64,000 nt of DNA from the human T2T-CHM13v2.0 reference genome, Homo sapiens (GCF_009914755.1 NC_060926.1); one strand, 5' to 3'. Counted from the first letter of the stretch, positions 1 through 15,100 are shown. A program made the numbers and translations. Notes: generated by a model from the sequence alone, not told the origin.

Positions 1-179
1 GTAATCCCTTCCTACCACCAAGATGCTTCATCTATACCATGATCAGAGACTTGAATGGCAGCAGTCTCATATCAGCCCCACCGCTCTTCAGAATGTAAAC
101 ATTTGTATCCCTGTCCATATATGCTACCAATACTTCCCACTTGCTAATTATACGCCTACTATATGCCAAGCACTTTAAC

Positions 180-790
180 ATTCAGTTAAATACTTATTGA
201 GCATCTACTATGTACAAAACCTATGCTGAGTACTTAGGGTACAAAAAAATGAGTAAGACATGGTACCTGGCTTACCTCATATACAGGTAACATCAAAAAC
301 CACATTGGGGAGGCAAAGCACCAGGGTAGGTTTCTTGGAGGTGTTAACACTTGAGTCTTCAAAAGAGGAGTAGGAATTATCCCAACAAAGAATATTTCAA
401 CAGAGGGACCAGTTTGTGCAAGAGCACAGTGATAAGAAACAGCATGATGTATTTAAAGAAACAATGAACAACTATTAGATGTCACTTAAGGAGGGTAAAA
501 CCAAAACTGGGTTGGGGTAGGGGAAAGCGGTCATAGAGATAGGAAGATGGCAAGTTATGAGGGGACTTAGACCTTAACCAAGAGGCAAGATAGATCAGTG
601 AGGAAATGATCAAAGGAATGATTTGGCCAACATACTATTCAGGCAGCAGTACAGAAGATGGATTTAAAGGGATAGGACTGGCAGAAGGAAGTCCAATTCG
701 GAGACAGTTGTAATTATTCTGACAGAAGATGATAAGGGCCTAAAATAATGGGATGAAAGCGGTAGCAAATCTGGAGAAAACAGACTACAT
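180..790 (-). mobile_element. L2 LINE 3' fragment (old, diverged)
   Basis: aaatacttattgagcatctactatgt...atgagtaagacatggtacctgg resembles the reverse-complemented L2 3' end, followed by purine-rich L2-like body. Confidence 0.6.
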
Positions 791-847
791 TTAGATTATG
801 TTGCTGGTCCAGAGATCAAACTTTGACAACCACTAACCTACACTGGC

Positions 848-1066
848 TAGGGTTTGGCAAATTTTTTCTATGAAGAGCCAAAGAGTAAATATTTCAGACT
901 TTGTGTGTCAAATACAGTCTCTACAGCATTTCATGTTTTTGTTTGTTTTTTAAACAACCCATTAAATATTAACAACCATTCTTAGCTACTGGACCTTACC
1001 AAAAAAAAAAAAAAAGGGCTGCAGCTACATTTGCAGTATGGGCCACAGTTAGTTTGCTGATACCTG
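848..1066. mobile_element. MER58(B)-like hAT-Charlie non-autonomous DNA transposon
   Basis: Terminal inverted repeats tagggtttggcaaa / tttgctgatacctg; internal gagccaaagagtaaatatttcagactttg matches recalled MER58 consensus. Confidence 0.75.
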
Positions 1067-1092
1067 CTGCACACACATAAAGAAGTGAGAAT

Positions 1093-1394
1093 GGGCTGGG
1101 TGTGGTGGCTCACGCCTGTAATCCCAGCACTTTGGGAGGCCGAGGCAGGCAGATCACGAGGTCAGGAGTTCAAGACCAGCCTGGCCAATATGGTGAAACC
1201 CCATCTCTACTAAAAATACAAAAATTAGCCAGGCATGGTGGCGGGGGCCTGCAGTCTCAGCTACTCAGGAGGCTGAGGCAGAGGGATCTCTTGAACCCAG
1301 GAGGTGGAGGCTGCAGTGAGCCAAGATCGTGCCATTGCACTCCACCCTGGGCAACACAGCAAGATTCCATCTCAAAAAAAAAAAAAAAAAAAAA
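1093..1394 (+). mobile_element. Full-length AluS with target-site duplication
   Basis: Alu dimer with poly(A) tail, flanked by the direct repeat aagaagtgagaatg. Confidence 0.95.
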
Positions 1395-2711
1395 GAAGTG
1401 AGAATGAATCATCCTATGAGATTAAATTTCCTAAAATGCTATTTGCATCATATTAGTCCCCTACTAAGAAACCTCCATTGGTCCTCACTCTCAACTGAGT
1501 AAGTCCAGTCCCAATGATGCCTAGCATTCATAGGCATCTGTACTCTAGGACCAGCCTACTACTCCAGGCTCATGAACTATGCCCCTGTGTACCTTCCATT
1601 CTTATTAAATTGAACTATTTACATTTACCTGCCTCTGTATCTGTGTGGGGTTTCCCAATCCAATGTTCCTTCCTCCCTGCTCCAAACCTGTTCAAATACT
1701 CTTCCTTCAAAGCATAATTCAAATCCTACCCCAAAATGATTCTACCCTCCTCAGTAGTCCTAAAAGCACATCTCAACTTACTTGATATTTATTTGCTGCC
1801 CTAAAAGTTCTTACTTACTTCAAATAAACTGAAAATTCCTTGAGGGCAAGAAAAAATTTGTTACTCTCTATAAATGGATCTAGCATATAACAAGGGATAA
1901 ACAAAAAGAAGATATATGTGTGTGTATATATGTAATATTTATATATGTACACACACATTTTTTTCTGAAATAGCTATATAACTAAAGCAAATGTGTTTTC
2001 ACCCTTATTTATGTCGGTAATTAAACACATTAATTCTACGGACGCAACTTGAATGCTGTAGGAACCACAGAATGACAATCCACAAACACCTCTCCATCTC
2101 CTATTACTCACACTTTTTTAGGACTAATATGCTAGAGAAATAACACAATACAAGTCCAATTTTTCCAAAGGTCAATGTTATCAATGTAGGTACACTGACA
2201 AATATTAAAGACAGGCGTTACTAAACCCAGTCGAAGTTTACTTATCTGTAGTTGCACTTCATTTATTTTTAAAATACAAAATAAGCTTTTACAATTGAAT
2301 TGCTTTAAATCTACCCTCAATTATTACTCAAGTTTAAAAAGTCCCACACTGACTCCCCCAAAAATTGTCACATATCTGGCCTTAATTTTAAGGTTCTCTG
2401 TGACAATGCACATTACCAAAAATGGCATTATTGATTTCACTCAGAATTTAGGGAAATAAGAATATACTTAGAATTTTTCAGAGAATAGTCCTCTTTAGTT
2501 CACTGTTGATAAATAACAATAATCACAGAATGTTTTGAGCTGGATTAACGAATTCATCTTAGAATACCAAAGAAGTCTTTCCAAATCCAAGTGTAAGCTA
2601 TGTCATGTAAGATTATCCAAAGAATGTTCAAGAATCTATAGAAATTCCTCCAGAATCACTTGCCCACATTCCAATGCAAACTACAACGAAAGTTTAAAAC
2701 ATTGAACTTCT

Positions 2712-3007
2712 GGCCTGGCACAGTGGCTCACGCCGGTAATCCCAGGACTTTGGGAGGCCCAGGCGGGAGGATCACGAAGTCGGGAGTTAGAGACCAGCAT
2801 GGCCAACATGGTGAAACCTGTCTCTACTAAAAATACAAAAAATTAGCTGGGCGTGGTGGCGCGCGCCTGTAATCTCAGCTACTCAGGAGGCTGAAGCAGG
2901 AGAATCGCTTGAACCCAGGAGGCGGAGGTTGCAATGAGTCAAGATCGAGCCATTGCACTCCAGCCTGGGCGACAGAGCAAGACTCCGTCTAGAGAGGAAA
3001 AAAAAAA
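2712..3007 (+). mobile_element. Full-length AluS
   Basis: ggcctggcacagtggctcacgcc...gactccgtct plus A tail; acttct repeated at both flanks. Confidence 0.9.
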
Positions 3008-4594
3008 CCACTTCTCTACATGTTTCCCCATAAGCTGAACAAGAATAATTTAACTGGCATTCTCAGGCTCTGAGGAAGATTAAATGTTTATGAAGTACTT
3101 TAGGACCATGAATGGAAGCCACTTTAACCATAAAATGTCATATTTGCTTAATGCAAAACTATAGCTACCTGTTAGCTATAGCTGCAAATCCAATCCTCAC
3201 AATTCTTTTGTGTCTCCCTAACACAGAAAATCTTCAGTGAGTCATGTATTTCAGTAAGGTACATGTATTTAATGAGCTAGTTTAGCAACCTCAGAGAAAT
3301 GAATTTTCTTCCAAATCTTTGCTTTCTCACAGGCCATGTCACTCTCCAAGCCAATTCTTTGCAAAAGGAAACATGATCCGATTCACCTCGAGAAGTTAGG
3401 TCTAGTTATTGACAAGCCAATACCAAATGACTGAAGACTATGAGGAATCACAGTAGAACTGTCTTTGTTAACATACCAGAAATGTGACTCCTGAAAATAA
3501 TCCCAGAAAACAGGCATTCTAACAAGCACTTTATTAAAGGGAAAGTCCCTACACTTTCACATAAAGAAGTCTAAAATGCTTTTAGACAGTGGAGACAGAA
3601 AACTCAACTCGCTCAAAGCTTAAACTTAATTCGTTAGGTAGTTCCAGCACCTGCCTGGTGTAGGGCGACCAGTGACTGGGGCGACTGCTCGGGAAAAGTG
3701 CTGATGCCATATCCAGCTGCCCCTTTCGTGAATGACAGTAACAATGCAAACACTGACAGAAGAGCTGGGAGCCCCCCCACCCCCAAGCCCCTAGCTTAGC
3801 AGTACTTCCACCCCAGCCCCAACATACAAAGTGACAAATCCCTGAAAGGCCCTCCTCTGACAGATCTCCCCATGCAGAGACCTCGTCTGTAGTCTGGTAA
3901 CGTAAAAAAGTGCTACCCTTCACTCCCTGCAAGACAGCGGAGCCCCTTAAAGGTGCGGGGAAACGCTGCCTCCTTCTCCAGCACCAGAGGCACGAGGCGA
4001 GAAGACTTCCTCTCCGGCTGCGGGCGCGGGGGCTCGGGGGCAGACCGAGAGAACTCCCTCTGGGCGAGGGCACTCCCCGGACCGCCAGCGGGGAGGGCAG
4101 GGAAGACGGGAGAGGAAAGGAAAGGGTCCCTGGCTCGGCAAGAGGGCGGAGGGTCGCTGCCCTGCGGCGTGGAGAAGCGGGGCTCGGCGCCGGGCACACC
4201 GTCCTTCCCGGGGGTGGCAGCGGCCGGCCGCACGCTTCCTGCAAGCCAGAGGCGGCGACAAGTCGGCTGGGGTCCGGGAGCACGTTCCTTCCTCGAGCCT
4301 GGTCCTGAGGGAGGGCGCAGGCTGCCGAGGCGGCAACTCTCCCTCTCGCCCAACTCCGGAGAGCGTGAGGCCGGCCGGCCCCGGGCTGCCGGCGCGGGAT
4401 GCCCGCCGCCCGGGTGGGGGAGGCGGCGAGGCCGGCCTCGGCTCGCTCCCTCCCCACGCGGTCCGCGCCCGGCGGCCCGTCCGCGCCCTCTTCCCCGCCC
4501 GCCGCCGCCGCGGGGCCGGGCCGCCGACCTCGGCCGGCCGGGCGTGGGGCCAGGCGGCGACGGCGGCGGGCGGGCCGGCGGCCTGGGGCCCTAC

Positions 4595-4655
4595 CTGAGG
4601 CTGTGTACCAGCTCCCGGCGTGACTGGCTTCTCGGCAGACCACTCGGTTGGACAT
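4595..4655 (-). CDS. MEMO1: MEMO1 first coding exon (MSNRVVCREASHAGSWYTAS|G); gene continues beyond the left edge of the window
   Basis: Peptide is the MEMO1 N-terminus; aagATG at 4655; 61 coding nt ending CAG|gtaggg donor (GT at 4594-4593); acceptor catag| at 4674-4673 gives 17 nt of 5'UTR (exon 4595-4672). Confidence 0.96.
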
Positions 4656-5349
4656 CTTGGTGCCTGTGCCGCCTATGGTGCACGAGGATGAATGAGGAGG
4701 CGGCGGCGGCGGCGGCAGGAGCGGCTCCGCGAGGGGACGAGACACCGCGGGCCCAGCCCAGGAGGAGGCGGCAGCGGGGAGGGGATCAGCCCGGCCCAGG
4801 AGGAGGAGGAAGAGGAGGAGGCGGCGGCCCAGGAGGAGGAGATGGCAGCCGGGGCGGTGGCGGCGGCAGCAACAATCACCACAAACTCCGGCGACCGCCG
4901 GAAGATGGGGCCCACGGCGGCCTCACCGAAGCCCGGAAAGCCCTGGCCCCGGCCCCCGGCGTCCCCGCTGCTGCCCAGCCGGGGCTGGTTCCGCCGAGCC
5001 GCCCCCACGGCCCCCTCCCCTCCCAGCTGGCCTCCCCGAGCCACCGCGAGTGACCCCACCCCCGTGACTCCGCGCCCGCCCCCGCCCCCCACCCCCCGCG
5101 GGGCTCCCCGCACCCACCCCCACCCCCGGCAGGGCCCTCCAGCCCGGCCGCCCGCCGCCGGCCCCGCCCCGCTCCTCCTCCCGGCCGCGCGGCGAGGTTA
5201 ACGGCGGAAACCGGACAGGCCTGACGGCATCTGGGGTCGGGCAGCCCCGCGAGGAGGCAGTGGCGGCTGCAGCTACGCGCACACAAAAGCCCAGGGCCGG
5301 GGCCTGAACCGGGGAAGGCAGACCCGGAGAAGAGCCAACGCTTCCTTAC

Positions 5350-5420
5350 TCGCCACTCTAACGGGTCCTGCCCACTGAGCATGCCCAGCACCGCTGCCTA
5401 CCCGCCGAGGAATCTCAACG
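5350..5420 (-). other. MEMO1: MEMO1 non-coding exon 1 (5' boundary approximate)
   Basis: Minus-strand donor GGCGA|gtaagg at 5349-5348 within the CpG island, upstream of the exon-2 acceptor. Confidence 0.7.
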
Positions 5421-5819
5421 TGCACGCTCCGCTCTCCGGGGTTTAGCGGCAGCAGAGGCTGGGAGGTGGGGGCAGGGCGCGGGGAGCAGGACGCAGCCGC
5501 AAGGCAAGCCCCCTCCCCCAGCCAACTTCCTCAAATGGAGAGCACCTAGGGCTCGCGGATGCGGCTTTCCACGAGGACAGTCCCGCGGGTATCCATCATA
5601 TACAGGCATCTCTCATCGATTTGCACCCCCAAGGTCTCATTCCTAGGGTGGCACGCCGGGAAGTTCATCTGTAGAAGCAGGCGCGTGGTAAAGTGTGCCT
5701 GTGGTCATGCAAATACTAGTTTTTGCTTCACAGGGTCACTCTTACCACCTAATGGTGGCTTTGACACTGTAACCATTTATCTTGTTTCATGTTGTATTTA
5801 TGTAGGTGTATGTCATATC

Positions 5820-5960
5820 TCCCTAACTAAGGTGTTTGATATAACTAGCCTCGTTATCCTCAGCTGTAAAATGGGGACACTCAAGGAGTGTACCTACGAT
5901 TATAAGAGCTGTTGAATGTGAACAGCCTGACAGGGTAAGCCTACAACAAATATTATTTTC
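5820..5960 (+). mobile_element. MIR fragment
   Basis: cctcgttatcctcagctgtaaaatggggacac...tacct resembles the MIR core. Confidence 0.6.
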
Positions 5961-6318
5961 ACCTTTGTCATCTTATAAATCCCAGTATTCCACATAAATG
6001 TCAGGAACAAATAATTTTTTTACAATTGTATAAGAATCACAGCAAAGGAGGCTATCTTGGACCTCTGAGGAAGTGTTATTGTTACAAAGTACACCATTGC
6101 AAAAGTAGGAATAGAGGAAGAGAAAGTTGCATACATCCAATGAAAGTTTTGGGGCAAACACTATAAAATGTTTGTAACTGCATGGGCATGGTACCTCCTG
6201 CCTATAATCCCAGCACTTTGGGGGCCTGAGGCAGTAGGACTGCCTGAGGCCAGGAGTTCTAGACCAGCCTGGGGAACATAGGAGACCCTGTTTCTATGAA
6301 TTTTTTATTTTTTAATTA

Positions 6319-6465
<147 letters not shown>

Positions 6466-6825
6466 TCAAAAAAGAAAAGAAAAAAAATTATATCTGAGTT
6501 TCATACTAAACAAGCCCCTGACAGATTCCAGAGTAGATGACTGGCTGTCTAGTATTCAAGTTTACTTTTAAAAGTGCTATTCTGTTTCCTCTCCTCCTCC
6601 CACCTTCTCCAACTTCAGGGCCCAAGGGTTTTGTGCAGTATCCCTGTCCTAAAGCCTAGTCAATTACTGGAACACTTCTGACTCTCATACCTTTTTCTAA
6701 TTAGGCTAAAATCTCCACTGTATATTTGTTTACTCAAATTTTACCCTCTCCACCAACTTGCACAAAACATAATATGCAACAAAAAAAAAATGGACATACC
6801 ATGTATCCAAAACCTCTCTCTTTTT

Positions 6826-6856
<31 letters not shown>

Positions 6857-6858
6857 GA

Positions 6859-6966
<108 letters not shown>

Positions 6967-7429
6967 TAGCTGGGATCATGGGTGCCCACCACCATCCACC
7001 ATGCCCAGCTAATTTTTGTATTTTTAGTAGAGACAGGGTTTCACCATGTTGGCCAGGGTGGTCTTGAACTCCTAACCTCAGGTGATCCACCGGCCTCGGC
7101 CTCCCAAAGTGCTGGGATTACAGGCATGAGCCATCGCACCCAGGCCAAAGCTACTTTAGAGGTAACAGAAAAAAGAAGGCTTGAGCTCTGATTACATGGT
7201 ACTGTTCTGACAGTACCAAAACTCAGTGATCATTGATAAAATGGTAAAGTTTTGTTGTAAGTTGCAAGAAAAGGAAACTGCCCTAAGTGTTTATATGATG
7301 ATGGTTCTTATGGTTATTTATTGCTGATTTTGTTTCTATGGAAAAGAGGTGTGGGGTGTTGTGGGGTGGTGGAGAGGGGATTGGATACAATTAAACAAAG
7401 AAAGCTTAGTATTTCAGGCCCTTCAAATT

Positions 7430-7630
7430 AGAAAGTCAGATTTGAGTCCTGGCCCTGTCACTCATCAGCTGTGTGACCATGGACATCTAGTAATTTAACC
7501 TTTTCTAGCCTCAGTGTTATCTGTCAAATGCAAACAGGAGTAATAGCTAACTCATATGCTTGCTGTGAGAATTATTAAGGTATGTTAAAATGCTTCATAA
7601 GCTGTTCTTTATAAATATTTGTTCTTATTA
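7430..7630 (+). mobile_element. MIR
   Basis: tttgagtcctggccctgtcactcatcagctgtgtgaccatggac...cctcagtgttatctgtcaaatg...gtgagaatta matches the MIR core. Confidence 0.75.
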
Positions 7631-8025
7631 TTATCCTCTACTCCTAGCAACAATCGTAAGTCTCATTCCAAACTAGTAATCTAATTTAAAATTCAGCTTT
7701 CTCCCTATTAAAATGCTCTACTGAAATTTTCTTGCTGGTCAAACTGAATAAAGATCACAATGCAATTGAACTGAAAGGTTAGCAGATAATTATGTTATCT
7801 CTAGGATGCTCTCAATACGTGCCACAATTATTCCCCCTGTCCACCTTATTCTAGCTACCTTACTCAAGTATACCCTTGAAAGAGGTTGAAACTATTCATT
7901 TATTCACCTCCCCTAAATTAAGGAAAATTCATATAATGCAAAATACTTTGTATTTTAGGAGAAGCTTATCTGGCAATACTGTACAATTTTCATGTTATTA
8001 TCAATAATTTCCATTATATCCACTA

Positions 8026-8528
<503 letters not shown>

Positions 8529-8595
8529 CTAGAAACAACCACAATGTCCACCAATGTGAAACTTGTTAAACTAGGATATACATACGCACCCATTA

Positions 8596-9095
<500 letters not shown>

Positions 9096-10088
9096 TAGCC
9101 AGGATGGTTTCGATCTCCTGACCTCGTGATCTGCCCGCCTCGGCCTCCCAAAATGCTGAGATTACAGGTGTGAGCCACCACGCCTGGCCGAGACCCCATC
9201 TTTAAAAAAAAAAAGAAGAATGAAATGGCACTATATACTAGTATGGAAAGAGTTTCAAAAAAGTGAAAAAAGCAAATTACAGAATGTATAAAGTATGCTT
9301 CCATTTGTATAGAAATGAATAATTGTATTTTCATATACTTGCATATGCATGGAATACTTCTAGAAGGTAATCACTTCTAGAAGTAACTGGGTGGCTGAGG
9401 TGGAAGGATGGAAAAAGGATTTAACCTTTCCAATGTATATCTTTGCATATCTTTTGTATTTTGTGCCATATACATATACTACATACCAAACAAAAAAAAA
9501 ACCTCTATTTTTACATCTTTAGGCTTGATTTTGAATCTACACAGCAATATTAAACTGACCATTTTTAGATTCTACTTATCCACAACTAACAGCTTTAGAA
9601 GCACCCTAACACTGAAAGCCCTATAGATCAGAAAAATATTTTACAATAGTAACACAGCATTTTGAACAAATCAAGAGAAGAGTTTAACACAGAGAGGGTC
9701 TTTTGATTTCAACTAAAACTAGTGTTCTAACCTAGTGTCAGTCAACTTTGCCCCTGTCTACCTTAGAAACCAAACATAATAAACAGTATTTATTAAATAC
9801 TGTGTATCTGAACACTAGACTAAGTACATTAGATATTTAATAATTCCTGTAAGATAAAAATTTATTCATTTCCAATGTTTTGTAATACAATTTTTTACAT
9901 AGAGCTTTTTTCCATATTTATTAATATTTAGGACTCTCAGAAATGGAACAACAGAGTCAAAAGATATAAGGAGCCAGGCACAGTGGCTCACACCTATAAT
10001 CCCAAAATTTGGGGAGGCCAAGGCAGGAGGATCAGTTCAAGAGGTGAAGACCAGCCTGGGGCAACACAGCAAGATCTCATCTCTACTA

Positions 10089-10253
<165 letters not shown>

Positions 10254-10307
10254 CTAAAAAAAAAAAAAAAAAAAATACAAAGCTTTGTTAAAGACTGCCA
10301 AGGTTGA

Positions 10308-10532
<225 letters not shown>

Positions 10533-11259
10533 TGACCTCTGGTGATCTGCCTGCCTCGGCCTTGCAAGTGCTGGGATTACAAGTGTGAGCCACCGTGCCC
10601 GGCCAAAGGCTGGCAAGGTTTTTTAAAAAACAATTACTCATTACCAACTACCCCTTTTATCACTAGTGACCTATTTTCCACTATTTTATTACTTTTCTTC
10701 TTTGCTAATTTACACCCAGAGATTTTATTTTTTAATAAGTGGATTTTCTGTTATAGCCACTCACCAGTTTCATCTTTTGTGCCTCATTTTTCCAGTTTGA
10801 TGATATGTCATCAGGCCTCCAATTGGTAATGCCATTTTGGAATCCAGTCCAGGAAAATACCTGGCTACAGTTTTGTATGCTCTTCCTAAAACGATTCTAT
10901 CGCTTCTAACAGGAAGTTATCCATCTTAAAATCCCACTGTACCTTCTCCTAAATGACATTTAAATAAAAGTTCAATATTCTTCCTTTAGCTGCATCAGAA
11001 CTAGGTAGATTGATCTCCTTCTATCCAACCCACTCTCCTCCCTTTTTTTTTCAATTCAAGGTTTCTATTTCCTCCAGGAATCTATTCCTGATTCAATCTA
11101 CTGATCCTCCCAACTAACCCACCCACCAACGTAATTCATGAACTCACTCTTAAGGGATACAGTAGGTTTTACTCAATCTTTGTATTTATTTACTAAACGA
11201 CGTCATCATTAAATGGTCAAAGGTTAGGAACTGTTTATATGATTTCCAGTTATATATAA

Positions 11260-11610
<351 letters not shown>

Positions 11611-12207
11611 TGACTTCCATTTAACCAGTTTATGAGAGTTTAAGTGATGCTCTCCATTACCTCAGTAAAATACACTGAATAATGCCCATGAATAAACTGA
11701 ACTCCTAAAGCTACTGGGCTCCACTCTTTAAGAAACTCTCAGCTGGGGGTGGTGGCTTATGCCTATAATCCCAGCACTTTGGGAGGCCGAGGCGGGCAGA
11801 TCATCTGAGGTTAGGAGTTTGAGACCAGCCTGGCCAACATGGTGAAACCCAGTCTTTACTAAAAATACAAAAATTAGCCGGGCATGGTGGCAGGCATCTA
11901 TAATCCCAGCTACTTGGGAGGCTGAGGCAGAAGAAGCTTCTACCTGGGAGGCGGAGGTTGCAGTGAGTCGAGATAGTGCCATTGCACTCCAGCCTGGGCA
12001 AGAAGACCAAAACACCATCTCAAAAAAAAAAAAAAGAAAAAAGAAACTCTCACATTATGGCACTCTTTCTATATTTGTGTGTATGCCCAACAAGGATCAA
12101 TTATGTTCTCCAACTTATTTATACCAGTTCTATTAGGTACTGCCATTACGTAATTTAATTAAACATTACATAAGCCAAAGAAATACAAATACATAACACA
12201 AAAGGTG

Positions 12208-12542
12208 TGCTATGGTCTGAATGCTGTGTTCCCCCCAAATTCATATGTTGAAATCCTAACCACTAAGGCGATGGCATTATGAGTGGGGGATCTTTCAGAG
12301 GTAATTCAGTCATTTTATGAATGGATTAGTGGCCTTATAAGAGACCTCAGAGATCTAGCTAGTCCATGTCCACAATGTGAAGACAAAGCTAGGAGGTGCC
12401 ATCTGTGAACCAGAAAGTAGGCCCTCACTACACAACTTTAATCTTGAACTTCTCAGATTCCAGAATTGTGAGAAATAAATTGTTGTTTACAGGCCACCCA
12501 ATCTATAGTATTTTGTTATAGCAGGCCAGAAGGACTAAGACA
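12208..12542 (+). mobile_element. MLT1A-type MaLR solo LTR
   Basis: Starts tgctatggtctgaatg...caaattcatatgttgaaatcctaacc; ends aataaa...ttgttatagcag...gactaagaca (TG...CA). Confidence 0.85.
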
Positions 12543-13324
12543 CGTTTGTAGAAAAATTAGGTTGAATGTTTTAGAAAGACTCAATTAAAAAAAAACTGTC
12601 AGAGGCAGACAAGATGAGTAAAGACTGATAAAACAAATCTAGCATTCTACAAATTAATTCTTAAAGGTCTAAACCTTAAGATACTTCCAAAAAATTTGAA
12701 ACTGAAATTTTTAGACCATGCATCATAGGTGTGCTTTGTGGAAGAAGGACAATACAGAATTCCATGAAAGAACTCATACCCAAAGACAAGACTAAAATCA
12801 AAAAATTACCAAATTCATATAGAATATTTTTAAGTTTAAAAAAAAATGTCAGCCAGGCACAGTGGCTCACGCCTGTAATCCCAGCACTTTGAGAGGCTTA
12901 GGCAGGTGGATCACGAGGTCAGGAGAGAAAGACCATCCTAGCTAACATGGTGAAACACCGTCTCTGCTTAAAATATAAAAAATTAGCCGGGCATGGTGAC
13001 ACTCACCTGTAGTCCCAGCTATTCAGGAGGCTGAGGCAGGAGAATCACTTGAACCCGGGAGGTGGAGGTTGCAGAGAGCATGCCATTGCACTCCAGCATG
13101 GGCGAGAGAGCGAGACTCCATCTCAAAAAAAAAAATGTTTACAGCTAGGCATGGTGGCTCATGCCTGTAATCTCAGCACTTTGGGAGGCAAAGGCGGGCG
13201 ATTGCTTGAGCCCAGGAGTTCAAGACAAGCCTGGGCAACATGGTGAAATCCTGTCTCTATGAAAAATACAAAAAAAGCAAATTAGCCAGACATGGTGGCA
13301 AGCACCTGTAGTCCCAGCTACTCA

Positions 13325-13423
<99 letters not shown>

Positions 13424-14017
13424 CTATCTCAAAAACAAACAAAAAAACTTTCTACAGTATGTATCATTTATGATTACCTACAGTGACTCACTTTTATTTA
13501 TCTATTTATTTATTTTGAGACAGAGTCTCGCTCTATCACCCAGGCTGGAGTGCAGTGGCACGATCTCAGCTCATTACAACCTCTGCTTCTGGGTTCAAGC
13601 CATTCTCCAGCCTCAGCCTTCTGAGCAGCTGGGACTACAGGCACGCCCCACCGCACCCAGCTAATTGGTGACTCACTTTTTCATCTACTAGCTAGATCAG
13701 TGGGACTAGTTTTTCCATCAAAGAAAAATTTAGACACACCTGAGAGGTAATAGGGTATTAAGCTAAAATTAGCCTGGCGTGGTGGTGCATGCCTGTAGTC
13801 CTAGCTACTTAGGAGGCTAAGATGGGAGACCGGCTTGAGCCGAGGAGGCAGATTTCAGTGAGTCAAGATCATATCACTGCACTCCAGCCTGGAAAACACA
13901 GCCAGACGCTGTCTCAAAAAAAAATATATATAGTATTGGCAGGGGGTGGTGGCTCACGCCTGTGAGCCACCATCCCAACACTTTGGGAGGCCGAGGCAGG
14001 TGGATTACTGGAGGTCA

Positions 14018-14223
<206 letters not shown>

Positions 14224-14237
14224 TCAAAAAAAAAAAA

Positions 14238-14375
14238 AATATATATATATATATACACACACACATATATATGTGTATATATATATGTATATGTGTGTAT
14301 ATATATAAACATAAACATATACATATATTTGTACATATATATGTATATGTAAAAACATATACATATATATATATA
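14238..14375. repeat. (TA)n/(CATATA)n low-complexity microsatellite from an Alu tail
   Basis: Directly visible TA/CA repeats following an Alu poly(A). Confidence 0.9.
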
Positions 14376-14954
14376 ATGTTAAGATGGGTTTGAATCCCTG
14401 CCAAAAACTTAATTCCTCTGTAACCTTAAGGAAATTATTCAAATGTTTCATCTATAAATGAAGTGTTAAACTAGCCGGGCGTGGTGGTGTGTGCCTGTAG
14501 TCCCACCTGCTCAGGAGGCTGACGCAAGAAGATGACTTGAGCCCAGGAGTAAGCTATGCTCTTACCATTGGGCTCCAGCCTGGGTGACAGAGCAAGACTC
14601 CGTCTCAAAAACAAATAGGCTGGGCACAGTGGCTCTCACACCTATAATCCCAGCACCGTGGGATTATAGACAGGTAGATAGCTTGAGGCCAGGAGTTCGA
14701 GTTCAAGACTAGCCTGGTCAACACAGTGAGAACCCGTCTCTGCAAAAGCTTCAAATAAAAAAAAATTAGCCAGGCTCAGCAGTATACCTATAGTCCTAGC
14801 TACTTGGAAGGCTAAGGCAAGAAGCTCACTTGAGCTTAGGGCTTCAAGGTTGCAGTGAGCTATGACCATGCCATTGCACTCCAACCTGGGTGACAGAGCA
14901 AGACCTCATCTCTAAATAAATAAAGTATTAAAATTAAAATTAAACCTACCCCAA

Positions 14955-15100
14955 ATTTTGAGGGGTGAGGAATATGTTTATGGCCTTGATGGTAGTTATG
15001 GTTTCAGTGATCTATAGTTATCTCCAAAGTAATCAAGTTGTATATATTAAATATATACAGCTTTTTGTTCAATTATACTCTGATAAAGTGATTTTTTAAA
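14955..15100 (+). mobile_element. L1M (L1MA/MB-like) 3' end fragment
   Basis: ttttgaggggtgaggaatatgtttatggccttgatggtagttatggtttc...caagttgtatatattaaatat...aataaa. Confidence 0.7.

Larger units (their letters stand above)
3950..5700. promoter_or_regulatory. MEMO1: CpG island / promoter of MEMO1
   Basis: Very GC- and CpG-rich; GC boxes (ccccgcccc ~5162-5170); spans exons 1-2. Confidence 0.9.

Noticed and set aside
3159-3181. ctatagcta/tagctatag hairpin
   Set aside because: A 9-bp AT-rich stem is expected by chance and has no supporting context
3582-4745. 387-aa minus-strand ORF
   Set aside because: Only 4595-4655 is MEMO1 coding sequence; the remainder is read-through into a GC-rich intron that is poor in stop codons
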